From: an uncultured Nitrososphaerota archaeon | GTDB taxonomy: Archaea > Korarchaeota > Korarchaeia > Korarchaeales > Korarchaeaceae | Assembly: GCA_964618805.1 (NCBI GenBank) | Contig: CAZUBM010000001.1 | Location: 192,010 to 256,009, forward strand | Reading direction: 5' to 3' | DNA length: 64,000 nucleotides | Shown: positions 29,851 to 40,068 of the stretch, in pieces | How the letters are laid out: every line of letters starts with the position of its first letter | Position numbering within the stretch: the first letter of the stretch is position 1 | The notes under the pieces: model-generated | What the model was told of the DNA's origin: nothing | Database searches by the model: none | Seen by the model: only the letters and a program-made list of their open reading frames with translations | Made by a program: the position numbers and the translations under genes

Positions 29851-30333
29851 TTGGCATTAAAAGGAGAAGATCTCATCTCATTCCTGAAGAAACAGGTTGA
29901 TCTGGAGAATATGATTGTAGAGGAAGGAAACAAAAGTGTTAAGGGCATAGAGAACGTTCTTGTACGGGAATTGATAAGAGGAATAGCTCTCGACTCCATG
30001 AAACATGCAAATATGCTAGAGGCAATGATAGCTCTAATATCGGGAGCTAAGATCTTTTTGTCCGAAGAAGAAAGAGAGAGAATTGGCACACAAATAAAGA
30101 GACATATAGAACTTGAGAAGAAGGCGATGGAGACCTATTCAACGCTACTTGACCAGATAACGGATGAAAAGATGAGATTGCTCATAGATTATATCCTTAA
30201 GGATGAGAAGAGACACCACAGGTTGCTTCTAAACATAGACAAGATGATAGTTGAAGCTGAGACTTTAAAGGAAGAAAGCCTATGGGAAATGATGTGGAAA
30301 TACTCAGTTTTCCACGGAGCTCCTGGAGGCTAA
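29851..30333 (+). CDS. Ferritin-like (rubrerythrin-type) four-helix di-iron protein
   Basis: Repeated E..(D/E)xxH ligands: LE...DSMKH and HIELE...DEKRHH. Likely start is TTG 29851. Confidence 0.78.
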   Translation: MALKGEDLISFLKKQVDLENMIVEEGNKSVKGIENVLVRELIRGIALDSMKHANMLEAMIALISGAKIFLSEEERERIGTQIKRHIELEKKAMETYSTLLDQITDEKMRLLIDYILKDEKRHHRLLLNIDKMIVEAETLKEESLWEMMWKYSVFHGAPGG

Positions 30334-30354
30334 CTCTTCTCTTAGTGAAGAAAA

Positions 30355-30942
30355 ATGAGAGGCTATAGGTTCTTCGTGACGGACATGGATGGAACCTTAG
30401 TTACGCTTGACATAGATTGGGACGAGGTGAGAGAGAAGGTAAGGGAAATACTAAGGACAGATCATCCCCTCAAACCACTTGGACCGAGCATTTTAGAGGC
30501 TACAGAAGGAAATGAAGTGCTTAGAAGAAAAGCATTCGAGCTTGTTGAGAACGAGGAAGTTAGAGCAGCACTTGATGCCTCTCCAGACCCAGAACTTAAG
30601 GCAATGCTTTCTAGACTTAAGAGAAGAGGAGTAAGGATGGCGCTAATTACATTTCAGTCCCTAAAGCCAGCCACGATAACGCTAAAGAGACTTGAGGTCC
30701 TTAACTTCTTTGAGTTCCTCATAACAAGGGAATACTCCCTAAACAGAAAGAAGCAGCTTTCAATAGCAATAAATCGTTTAAGAGCAGATCCTAGAAGTAC
30801 CGTCTTCGCTGGAGATTCTCCTTGGGATGTCTTAGCTGGTAAGGAGCTTGGTTGTTTCACTGTGGTGGTAAGAAGTAATATCGAAGGTGCTGATCTCTAC
30901 GTTAAAAGGTTTGTGGAGCTTGAGAAGGTCTTTTATGATTGA
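30355..30942 (+). CDS. HAD-superfamily hydrolase
   Basis: DMDGTLV and GDSPWD. Confidence 0.9.
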   Translation: MRGYRFFVTDMDGTLVTLDIDWDEVREKVREILRTDHPLKPLGPSILEATEGNEVLRRKAFELVENEEVRAALDASPDPELKAMLSRLKRRGVRMALITFQSLKPATITLKRLEVLNFFEFLITREYSLNRKKQLSIAINRLRADPRSTVFAGDSPWDVLAGKELGCFTVVVRSNIEGADLYVKRFVELEKVFYD

Positions 30943-33824
30943 TCTAATCTCCACTTCTCTCTAAATCTACTCAAAGCTAACTCCTTTCTCTCTTCATAGA
31001 TCAGCTCGTAAAATCTCGAGGAAAGCCTTGGTTCCTCGGCTAGGATTTTGTCTATTTTCTTCTTAGGAAGACCGCTTGCTATCGCTATGGCCGCTACTTT
31101 ACCGTATTTAGATATTAGAGAAACAGATTTTTTCAAATCTCTCCAAATTTTCTTGCTTTCTTTACTAAGTGCCCCTTCTCTAGCTCTAGTTAGAACAAGC
31201 CCGACCTCAAACTCATCTGCATCAGCCATGCCAATGAGCCTAGAACCGCATATTGGGCACCTTAGCACATCATCTAACCTGTGTAGCTCAATCTCTTCAA
31301 TGTACCCCTTGCACTCAAGGCACGCAAATGTTCTGGACTGGCTCAGCAGATCTACTCTCATCTTGGCTACCTTCAAAGTCCTCTTTCTTTCTAAAGGAAC
31401 TCTTTCTAACCTGCTTGTCATGAGGTCTATTCCTATCTTTGCAATAGGAGTCGGCTTTTCGAGTTCTCCTAAGCAGATTACTTCGATTTTTCCTTCACCT
31501 ATCATCTTTAACAATCTCCCTGCTCCCCTAAGATCTATGTCTCTCTCAACAGCTTCTCTAAAGGCCTCTTTGTAGACAGGAGTGTCTCTTAAGGCATCTA
31601 TCAGATTATCAACAAATTCTCTGCTTAAGGTAGCTTCCTTCTCCAACACCCCCATCTTCCTGGCGGCTTGTGTTATCCTAAATCTAAAGAAGCCGCTTTT
31701 CTCCATGGTCCTTCTGACAACCGGGGCAATTTCAGGTCCACTCCCCTCTTTAAGTATCGTTGAAGCTTCCTCAGGAGAAACCTGACCCTTAAGGTAGATC
31801 CTATAAGGGTCCTCACTTACAGCTACTGGCTTTGCAAATCTCTCAGTTAAAGCCTCTGATAGGAATCTAGAAAGTGCTCTGTTTATGAGGGTTCCTCCAA
31901 GGACATGGACTGTAACCAAATCTTTGTAAGCCTCAACAACGATTCTTTTATCGTTTGGAACGGGATAGCCTAACTTGCACTGCTCGAAAATAAGTTCTAT
32001 ACCTCTAGCTATGAAATCTGGCGTAGACCCATATCTCTCAGATAGTTCCTTTGCTATTTCTAAAAGGCCGTCTCCCTTCTCAAACTTCTCCTCCACAAAT
32101 CTCCTAACTAATCCTACTTCTTGGGCTGCCTCATAAGGAACAGGAATCTCCTCTCCCACCCAACTTGGAATGGCTCCTAAAGGATCCTTTGCGCTTTTCA
32201 CATATACGCGATCTTCGAAGACCTGAACAACTGTCCAAACCTCTCCGGCCATTACAAACTTAATCCCAGGTTTCCCATACTCAGCTACAAATGGCTCATC
32301 TAAGACCCCAACAGGCTCTTCTGTATCTTGGTCTATTACCAAATATTGCTTTACATCTGGTATCATTGAGAGATTCTCGAAATAATATGTGTAAATTCTC
32401 TCGGGAGGGCCTACTCTGAAGAACTCAGCTTCTTTAAAAGAGAGCCCAAGGAAGGGACTTCTCATGTGAGCCATAAACCTCAAAAGCTCCATAAACTCAT
32501 CAAATCTCAAATTTCTGTAGTTATATGCTCCTTTAACTATGGCATATGCCTCTTCTACAGCCCATCTCTTCTTTGTAAGGAGAAAGCCAGCTATCTCATG
32601 CATTAAAGCATCAAGAGGCTTCTCAGGAATCTTTACAGGTTCAAGTTCGTCTGACATAGCCCTTCTAGCCACAACAAGCGCTTCAATAGCATCGTCAGGA
32701 TTTTGAACTATAACTGTCCCCTTTGAAACAGCCCCTATCCTGTGTCCGCTCCTTCCAACCCTTTGGACTAAACGAGTAGCCTGTCTAGGGGAGTTGTATT
32801 GAATTACCATATCTATGGATCCAATATCTATGCCCAGTTCTAGGCTTGAGGTTGCTATTAAAGCCTTTAGTGTCCCTGATTTAAGGCCTCTCTCTGCTCT
32901 AAGTCTGCTTTCAAGGGCTAAGGATCCATGATGCACATTTATAGGTATGGAAACATCCCAAAGCTTGAATCTACTTCCTAAGACCTCTGTCATAGGTCTT
33001 GTGTTTGTGAATATTAAGCAAGACTTTGATGATTCAACAATCTCCTTCATGCAACGGAGTCTGGCTGCAACGTCCGGGTAGGTGTATAATCTTGATGCAA
33101 GTTTAACATCATCTGGGGTTGGCTTTGGATATGCTATCTTTACCTTCATTAGCTTTACAATGGGTACGTATATCATCTCACAAGAGTCTGAAGATCCGAT
33201 GAGAAAGCGTGCAACTTTCTCTGGACTACCAACCGTTGCTGATAGACCTATTATCTGGAAATCACCTTTTTTCAACCATTTTAACCTTTCAAGGGCCAAA
33301 GCAAGCTGAGCTCCCCTCTTGCTTTCGGCCAGCTCATGAATCTCATCTATGATAACGTGCCTTACGGTTAGTAAGTTCTCCCTCAGTTTTCTACCAATAA
33401 GCATTATCTGCAAAGTTTCAGGTGTCGTTACCATGATGTCTGGAGGCATATCTGCCTGAGTCCTCCTCTCTCTTATGGATGTGTCGCCATGTCTCACTCC
33501 AATCGAGAGATCTAGTTTACTGCACCACCACTGGAGTCTATCCATCAAGTCTCGGTTCAGAGCTCTCAGTGGAGTTATGTACAATACTTTGACGCCTCTC
33601 ACCCTTTTTTCCTCAAGAAGCTTGCTTAATATAGGAAGAAAAGCGGCTTCAGTCTTACCTGTTCCGGTTGCTGCTATAAGAAGAACGTTTTTCCCCTCCA
33701 GTATGGGCTTTATAGCTTTAGCTTGCGGATCTGTTGGTTCCATAAACCCTTTCTCTTCGACGAGTCTCCTGACTGGCTCTGCAAGCATTTCAAAAGCATT
33801 TGATTCGATAGAAGAGGATCTCAT
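30933..33824 (-). CDS. lhr: Lhr-family SF2 helicase with C-terminal zinc finger
   Basis: ATGTGKT, TPLRALNRD, DEIH, SAT, HHGSL, QRVGRSGH and CLEC/CPIC. Confidence 0.92.
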   Translation of the reverse strand: MRSSSIESNAFEMLAEPVRRLVEEKGFMEPTDPQAKAIKPILEGKNVLLIAATGTGKTEAAFLPILSKLLEEKRVRGVKVLYITPLRALNRDLMDRLQWWCSKLDLSIGVRHGDTSIRERRTQADMPPDIMVTTPETLQIMLIGRKLRENLLTVRHVIIDEIHELAESKRGAQLALALERLKWLKKGDFQIIGLSATVGSPEKVARFLIGSSDSCEMIYVPIVKLMKVKIAYPKPTPDDVKLASRLYTYPDVAARLRCMKEIVESSKSCLIFTNTRPMTEVLGSRFKLWDVSIPINVHHGSLALESRLRAERGLKSGTLKALIATSSLELGIDIGSIDMVIQYNSPRQATRLVQRVGRSGHRIGAVSKGTVIVQNPDDAIEALVVARRAMSDELEPVKIPEKPLDALMHEIAGFLLTKKRWAVEEAYAIVKGAYNYRNLRFDEFMELLRFMAHMRSPFLGLSFKEAEFFRVGPPERIYTYYFENLSMIPDVKQYLVIDQDTEEPVGVLDEPFVAEYGKPGIKFVMAGEVWTVVQVFEDRVYVKSAKDPLGAIPSWVGEEIPVPYEAAQEVGLVRRFVEEKFEKGDGLLEIAKELSERYGSTPDFIARGIELIFEQCKLGYPVPNDKRIVVEAYKDLVTVHVLGGTLINRALSRFLSEALTERFAKPVAVSEDPYRIYLKGQVSPEEASTILKEGSGPEIAPVVRRTMEKSGFFRFRITQAARKMGVLEKEATLSREFVDNLIDALRDTPVYKEAFREAVERDIDLRGAGRLLKMIGEGKIEVICLGELEKPTPIAKIGIDLMTSRLERVPLERKRTLKVAKMRVDLLSQSRTFACLECKGYIEEIELHRLDDVLRCPICGSRLIGMADADEFEVGLVLTRAREGALSKESKKIWRDLKKSVSLISKYGKVAAIAIASGLPKKKIDKILAEEPRLSSRFYELIYEERKELALSRFREKWRLDQS

Positions 33825-33923
33825 GCCCTATAATGAAAGTATAAACGTCTTATTTATTCTAACCGATCCATTGCAACTTCCTAAAGCGTGAGTTTATTAC
33901 ATTAACTAATATTTTAGAAGAAG

Positions 33924-34259
33924 ATGGGCCCTTCTAGACCGGAGAAGGTAGCTGTAAAGATAATGCTAATCATAAAGGGTAAGCATGTCTTAGGTGAGGG
34001 CAGAGTTCGGCTTCTTGAGGAGATAGATAAATTGGGATGCATTTCTAAAGCAGCAAAAGAGCTTAATATCCCTTATAGAGTTGCAATTCGCCACATAAGA
34101 AGAGTAGAAGGGATAATAGGGGAGAAGCTTGTTGTTACAAGAAGAGGTGGAAGAGGAGGGGGAGGTAAGGCAGAGCTGACTCCAATTGCTAAAAACATTG
34201 TGGATACCTATAAAAAAGCAAAGGATGCTGTAGATAGGGCTCTTAAAGAGCTTTCTTAA
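33924..34259 (+). CDS. Stand-alone ModE N-terminal-type winged-helix regulator
   Basis: GEGRVRLLEEID..GCISKAAKELNIPY...RGGRGGGGKAELT. Confidence 0.85.
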   Translation: MGPSRPEKVAVKIMLIIKGKHVLGEGRVRLLEEIDKLGCISKAAKELNIPYRVAIRHIRRVEGIIGEKLVVTRRGGRGGGGKAELTPIAKNIVDTYKKAKDAVDRALKELS

Positions 34260-34322
34260 GCCTATAAACGAACTCTTAAGCTTAAGCACTTTCAATTTAG
34301 ATTAAAATAGCTAAAAATTTTT

Positions 34323-35837
34323 CTAGATATAGTCAGGTATCCTTCTCAGGAGCATTCCCTCGACGGTAATGGGCTTCGTTCGCATAGCTATATTGTAAGC
34401 CTCCGTTAGTTTAGATTCTCTCTCTGCATAGATCGTCATCAACGGATTTCCTTTTTCTACCTTATATCCAACCTTCGCATGAAGCAAAACTCCCGCTCCT
34501 TTCTCAACAGGAGCTCCAGCAGCTAGTGCTATCTCTTTTATGGATTGATTATCGACATCCGTGACGTATCCGTCGCAAGGTGCGCGTATCTGAGCCGTAT
34601 ACTGTCCTACAGGGATATCATCTGGTTTAATGTTTGGGTTTCCTCCTTGAACTCCTATTATTTCCCTCATCTTCTTCAAGGCCTTTCCAGAAACCAAAGC
34701 TTCTTCGGCTAACTCTTTACCGCTCCCTCTTGCGGCAATGCCAGCCATTTCCAGTAAAAGGCCTGCTAGAGAAGTTGATTTCTCTATTAAGCTTGCTGGA
34801 CCCTTTCCTTGAAGGGCTTCCAATGCTTCCTTTGCTTCTAAGGCAGGTCCTACCGCATGTCCTACTGGCTGACCCCCATAAGTTATGCCGCACTGAACTC
34901 TAACCCCAAATCTCCTTCCAAGTTCCACAAACTGACTTGAAAAGAGTTCAGCTTCTTCAACAGTCTCTACCTTAGCTCCTTTTCCCGTTGGAATATCAAC
35001 GACTAGTGCTTTTGTTCCAGTAGCCAGCTTTTTCGACATTATTGAAGCTAGCATCTGACCTCTAGGATCTATTCCAAGAGGATGCTCTACTCTTATGAAG
35101 ATATCGTCTGTTGGAGCAAGCCCCAATCTTCCTCCCCAAACGATAGCTCCTCCAGCCCTTAGGGCTATCTCTTTAAACTCCTCAGCTGAGAACTCAACTG
35201 GAGCAAGCACTTCCATCGTATCTGCTGTCCCAGTAGGGCTTGTAATGGCTCTACTAGATGTCTTGGGTATTAAAACTCCCAGAGAAGCCACAATTGGCAC
35301 TATAAGAAGGCTAACTTTGTTCCCAGGCACTCCTCCTATGGAGTGCTTCTCAAAAGTAGGTCCTCCAAAATCTATTCTTTCTCCCGTCTCTACCATGGCT
35401 TTAGTTAAAGCCTCTATCTCGTCCATACTCATACCGTGGAACTCTTGAGAAAGCAGAAATGCAGCTATCTCTAGATCTGTTAGGTTATAGTTTACTACAT
35501 CTTCTATGATCGATCTTATCTCATCTGGAAGTAGCTTTTTTCCCTCCATCTTCTTCTTAATGTACGAAAAGGAAGCAGGTCTCCCACTTATGGAGAGAGT
35601 TATAGCATCACCCTCTTCTACCTCTAGAATTTCCATAAGCTCTTGCGAAAGGGCTGCAACACCAGGTTCTACTTGACTTCTAGACACTGAAAGAAAGGCA
35701 GAAGCTCTTTTTCTCATGTACTCCACTTTAACTCTGTCGTTCATCCTCATCCCTTGGCTGGCTGCATCTTTCTCGCTTATCAGGATGAGACGTCTTCCAA
35801 CGGGGAATCCAAGAGGTCTAACTTTAAGCTTCAGCAT
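34323..35837 (-). CDS. AMP phosphorylase (thymidine phosphorylase family)
   Basis: KHSIGGVPGNK, KTSSRAITSPTGTAD and SIMSKK, plus the archaeal N-terminal beta-barrel extension. Confidence 0.92.
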   Translation of the reverse strand: MLKLKVRPLGFPVGRRLILISEKDAASQGMRMNDRVKVEYMRKRASAFLSVSRSQVEPGVAALSQELMEILEVEEGDAITLSISGRPASFSYIKKKMEGKKLLPDEIRSIIEDVVNYNLTDLEIAAFLLSQEFHGMSMDEIEALTKAMVETGERIDFGGPTFEKHSIGGVPGNKVSLLIVPIVASLGVLIPKTSSRAITSPTGTADTMEVLAPVEFSAEEFKEIALRAGGAIVWGGRLGLAPTDDIFIRVEHPLGIDPRGQMLASIMSKKLATGTKALVVDIPTGKGAKVETVEEAELFSSQFVELGRRFGVRVQCGITYGGQPVGHAVGPALEAKEALEALQGKGPASLIEKSTSLAGLLLEMAGIAARGSGKELAEEALVSGKALKKMREIIGVQGGNPNIKPDDIPVGQYTAQIRAPCDGYVTDVDNQSIKEIALAAGAPVEKGAGVLLHAKVGYKVEKGNPLMTIYAERESKLTEAYNIAMRTKPITVEGMLLRRIPDYI

Positions 35838-35928
35838 GTTATATCAAACTTTTAAGCCAAACAGGGCTTAAAAAGATGTCTTTAAGCTCAAAAAGCTCTT
35901 AAAGCAGAAAGATCTGGGTTCTTAATAA

Positions 35929-36681
35929 CTATCCGAATAAGTTGTCCAAGAACATCATAACTGCAAAACCCATTACTGCACCGAAGGTAGCGATCCTCTC
36001 ATAACCCCTGCTATGACTTTCTGGAATCATCTCATCACTAACCACGAATATCATTGCACCAGCAGCAAAAGCCATTGCGATCGGTAGAATGGGTTTGACT
36101 GTTGAGACGAGTGAGATTCCCAATAACCCTCCTATGGGCTCCACAAGACCGCTTAAAGCAGCATACCAGGCCGCTTTTCTCTTATTGAAGCCTTCTCTTA
36201 GCATAGGAAAGGCAACAGCCATTCCTTCTGGTATGTTCTGAATTGCTATGGCTAGTGATACAACCAAACCAGTACTTATGTCTTCTCCACCAAAACTAAC
36301 TCCTACAGCCATTCCCTCAGGAAAATTATGGATTGTAATTGCCAAAATCATTAGGGAAACCCTAGACAGCTTGGAAGGAGGGCCCTCATACCCTTTAAAG
36401 ATGTGTTCATGCGGGATTAGTCTGTCAGCGATATCTACAAACATAGCTCCTACCAATAAACCAAGTACCACTCTTCCTATTCCAGCCAATTCAATAGCTG
36501 GTACTAATAGGCTGAAAGCTGAGGCAGCTAACATTACTCCTGCTGAAAATCCAAGCGCCGCATCTAAGAGCTTATCTGAAATGTTAGAGGTGAAAAGCAA
36601 GGGAAATGCTCCAATTGCTGTAGCTAATCCAGCTAGAAGACTGGCAAGAGAGCCTAGGAGGATTAAATTATGTGTTAACAC
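35929..36681 (-). CDS. ZIP family metal transporter (ZupT/GufA-like)
   Basis: HNFPEGMAVG, QNIPEG and MIPESH. Likely start is GTG 36681. Confidence 0.9.
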   Translation of the reverse strand: MLTHNLILLGSLASLLAGLATAIGAFPLLFTSNISDKLLDAALGFSAGVMLAASAFSLLVPAIELAGIGRVVLGLLVGAMFVDIADRLIPHEHIFKGYEGPPSKLSRVSLMILAITIHNFPEGMAVGVSFGGEDISTGLVVSLAIAIQNIPEGMAVAFPMLREGFNKRKAAWYAALSGLVEPIGGLLGISLVSTVKPILPIAMAFAAGAMIFVVSDEMIPESHSRGYERIATFGAVMGFAVMMFLDNLFG

Positions 36682-36950
36682 ATAACCACCTAACAACCCT
36701 TCATAAAAAAGAGGAGCTTTTCTTCCTTCAGATGATCTCTCTGTCATCTAATGATGTGGTAAGCTTGGCCAAAAACAGGGTGACATAGCCCTTAATTCTT
36801 GCAAAATGTAAAAGGAGATTATTGAAATAGGCTTTTACATATCGACTCATTGGAGCAATTAAGCAACTGTTGACACAAGGGACAAATTCGCTCGAGGAAA
36901 AGGGAGTAAATAGATCGAATATGTAAACTCCCCTCTGACCTAGATTTTTC

Positions 36951-37800
36951 ATGAAAAGAAGAAGGTTAGGACGGACAGAAAATATGAGTAGTATAATCAC
37001 CCTCGGCTGTTACGCTTTTTCAAGAATTTCACAGGAGGAAGCAGATCCGTACATAGAACTTGCACTTTCTCACGGAGTAAATCACTTTGATGTAGCACCG
37101 AGTTACGGTGAAGCTGAGCTAAGGATTAGCCTTGGTTGAAGAAAAGGAGAAATGAGGTTTTTCTAGCCTGCAAAACTCTAAAAAACTAAAGAAGAGGCCA
37201 AAATCAAGTTACTCTTAAGCTTAAAAAGGTCGATGTCAAATGGATAGATCTTTATCAAATTTACGCTTTAGATGATCAAAATGATCTTGAAAGAGTGATG
37301 GAGCCAGAAGGTGCGCTAGAAGCCATAAAAGAGGCCAAAGAAACGGGTTTAATAAGATATATTGGGATAACAACTCACAAACAGCCTACAATTATTAAGG
37401 CTCTGGAAAGATTTGATTTCAACACGATCATGTTTCCACTAAATTTTGTGCTTCGAAGGCATTGCTGTAAAGAGAATGACTATGAGCCTCTCCTTAGAAT
37501 ATCAGAAGAAAGAGATTTAGGAACAACAGCCATAAAGGTATTTGCAAAAGGGCCTTGGAAGACCAAAAGAAGGAAATACCAGACATAGTATGAGCCCTTC
37601 GATAAACAGGATGAAATAGAATTATGTCTGCGGTTTGTCTTATCTCAAGGGGTAACTACTGTAGCCTCTGCAGGGATCCAAGATTAATCCCTTTAATTTT
37701 AAATGCTGCAGAAAGGTTTAGGGAGATAACTAAATTGGAACAAGAGGAATTGATGGAATCAGCAGCAAGCCTAACTCCTCTCTTTCCTATGAAGAGGTAA
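36951..37800 (+). pseudogene. Aldo/keto reductase pseudogene
   Basis: MKRRRLGRT, GVNHFDVAPSYG, IDLYQ and IRYIGITTH lie in different frames. At least three frameshifts plus an in-frame TAG (37586-37588) where Trp is expected (T*YEPF). Confidence 0.88.
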
Positions 37801-37865
37801 GCTAACACTTCTCTTCTTGGTTTTTACTTTGTTAAAGTTTTATTCTTTCCTTATGGTAAAACAAT

Positions 37866-39323
37866 TTGGTGACCTTGAACAGAAGAATAGAGAAACATCC
37901 GATTCTTGAGTTTCCTAGGAGGAAGCCAGTTGTCTTTACATTTGAAGGGAAGAAAATTCGAGCTTACGAAGGGGAGAGCATAGCTGCTGCACTTTATGCA
38001 TCTGGCCTAAAAATTTTCACATGGAGCTATAAACGAAACAGGCCTAGAGGATGGTTCTGCGGGGTTGGAAAGTGTTCTTCCTGTTTGATGACTGTAAATG
38101 GAATACCGAATGTTAGAACTTGTATAGTGCCTGTAAGAGATGGTTTGAACGTTCAAAGACAAAAACAGGGACTAGGAACACTTCCTTCTAGCTTCAACGA
38201 GAATCTTGAAGTGGAAAAACTTGATGTCGAGTTGGCTGTGATAGGAGGAGGGCCAGCTGGTCTTTCTGCAGCTATAACAGCTAAAAGACTGGGATGCAGC
38301 ACAGTGGTAATTGATGAGAACTTTAAGGCGGGAGGTCAGTTAATAAAGCAGACCCATAAGTTCTTTGGTTCTAGAGAAAACTATGCGGGAGTTCGCGGAA
38401 TAGAGATAGCAAATATGTTGCTTAAGGATCTCAAAGAACTTGGAGGAAGCTGGCTTCTCAGTTCTACTGTTGTAGCGGATTACATTGAAGGAGAAAAACA
38501 CGTTCTTCTTGTACCTTCTGTTGTCGAACCTAAGGTTAGGGTAATAAGAGCTGAAAAGATTATTGTGAGTACTGGAGCAAGGGAGAATATGCTCATTTTT
38601 CCCAACAACGATCTTCCAGGAGTTTATGGAGCGGGCGGAGTTCAAACTTTGATGAACGTCTTCGGTATAAAACCAGGAGAGAGAGCGCTAGTAGTAGGGG
38701 CTGGAAACGTTGGTCTAATAGTAGCATACCAATTAATTCAGGCTGGAACAAGTGTTGAGGCAATAGTAGAGGCTATGCCTAGGATTGGGGGTTATTTCGT
38801 TCATGCAGCAAAGGTTAGGAGGCTTGGAGTGCCGATATACCTGAGACATTCCATAAAAAGGGCCATTGGTAAGGAATTTGTCGAAGCGGCCGAGATAGTG
38901 CAACTTGATGAGAATTGGAATCCCATACAGGGGACGGAGAGAAAAATTGAGGTTGACATGATAGTATTAGCAGTAGGTTTGACTCCGGCCTCTGAAATTC
39001 CAGCTCAGGCTGGATGTAAGTTAGCCTATATCCCAGAACTCGGAGGACAAGTAGCTATTCATGATCAAGATCTTAGAACAACGATATCGGGAATGTATGT
39101 TGCTGGAGATTCCTCAGGAATAGAGGAGGCGACCACAGCTATGTTAGAAGGAAAAATTGCCGGGGCTGATGCAGCCTTATCTTTAGGATATAAGCCAGAT
39201 GAAGCAAAAAGGATAAAGGATAAGGCTAAGAGGAATATATCCGAGTTTAGAAGGAGTCCATTTGGGGAGAAGCCAAGAAAAGGAAAGGAGAGGATATGGA
39301 GGATGATGGAGGCGATCCAATGA
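37866..39323 (+). CDS. Dye-linked L-proline dehydrogenase/sarcosine oxidase-type alpha subunit (2Fe-2S + FAD/NAD)
   Basis: RGWFCGVGKCSSC...VRTC, GGGPAGL, GGQLIKQTHKFFG and GAGNVG. Confidence 0.85.
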   Translation: MVTLNRRIEKHPILEFPRRKPVVFTFEGKKIRAYEGESIAAALYASGLKIFTWSYKRNRPRGWFCGVGKCSSCLMTVNGIPNVRTCIVPVRDGLNVQRQKQGLGTLPSSFNENLEVEKLDVELAVIGGGPAGLSAAITAKRLGCSTVVIDENFKAGGQLIKQTHKFFGSRENYAGVRGIEIANMLLKDLKELGGSWLLSSTVVADYIEGEKHVLLVPSVVEPKVRVIRAEKIIVSTGARENMLIFPNNDLPGVYGAGGVQTLMNVFGIKPGERALVVGAGNVGLIVAYQLIQAGTSVEAIVEAMPRIGGYFVHAAKVRRLGVPIYLRHSIKRAIGKEFVEAAEIVQLDENWNPIQGTERKIEVDMIVLAVGLTPASEIPAQAGCKLAYIPELGGQVAIHDQDLRTTISGMYVAGDSSGIEEATTAMLEGKIAGADAALSLGYKPDEAKRIKDKAKRNISEFRRSPFGEKPRKGKERIWRMMEAIQ

Positions 39324-39784
39324 AAGAAGCTGGGATCTTATCAACGGAGGAAGTTAAGAAGGTGACTCCTCCCATAGATAGAGCTGAAAAGGGGCCAGTT
39401 GCTGTCATAGAATGCTTAGAGGAAATTCCTTGTGACGCATGTGGGTGGGCCTGTCCCTCTGGCGCTATAATAAAGCAAGGCATTACGATCCCTCCTAAGA
39501 TAGATTATGAAAAGTGCACAGGATGCGGACAGTGCGTTTTAATCTGTCCTGGACTGGCGATCTTTCTAATCGAGCTTGTTGGAGAAAAGGCTAGGGTCAC
39601 TATTCCTTACGAACTCTTACCAGAACCACAAGTTGGGCAGGAGGTAACTGCTCTTGATAGGAAAGGATCTCCTGTTGCCAAGGCAAAAGTTCTCAAAGTA
39701 CTGAAGTCTAAGGACAAAACTATGGCAGTAACGATCGAAATTCCTAGGAAACTCTTCATGGAAGTGAGAGGGATGAGGCTATGA
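39320..39784 (+). CDS. 4Fe-4S ferredoxin subunit of the same complex
   Basis: ECLEEIPCDACGWACP and CTGCGQCVLICP. ATGA overlap with the upstream gene. Confidence 0.87.
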   Translation: MKEAGILSTEEVKKVTPPIDRAEKGPVAVIECLEEIPCDACGWACPSGAIIKQGITIPPKIDYEKCTGCGQCVLICPGLAIFLIELVGEKARVTIPYELLPEPQVGQEVTALDRKGSPVAKAKVLKVLKSKDKTMAVTIEIPRKLFMEVRGMRL

Positions 39785-40068
39785 GGGAAGAGGATCAAGA
39801 AGAAGAGATCGTATGCAGATGCGAGGATGTTTCACTAAAAGAAATATTAGAAGCAATCGATAAGGGATATACGACCTTAGATCAGCTTAAGAGATACCTT
39901 AGGATAGGGATGGGTCACTGTCAAGGAAGAACCTGTATGAGACTTGTTGCTGGAATTCTTGCAAAAAGGCTTGGAAAGAAGATGGATGAGATAGAATGGC
40001 CTACGGTTAGACCACCCATCTTGCCGGTTGAAATAGCGAAGTTGGCGGAGGTAGAGGTTGATGATTAA
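39781..40068 (+). CDS. BFD-like 2Fe-2S subunit
   Basis: VCRCEDV...GMGHCQGRTC...RPP. Confidence 0.87.
   Translation: MREEDQEEEIVCRCEDVSLKEILEAIDKGYTTLDQLKRYLRIGMGHCQGRTCMRLVAGILAKRLGKKMDEIEWPTVRPPILPVEIAKLAEVEVDD

Noticed and set aside
37586-37588. In-frame TAG as pyrrolysine recoding
   Set aside because: It falls at an expected Trp (TGG>TAG) in a gene that also has several frameshifts, and no pyl genes are present.
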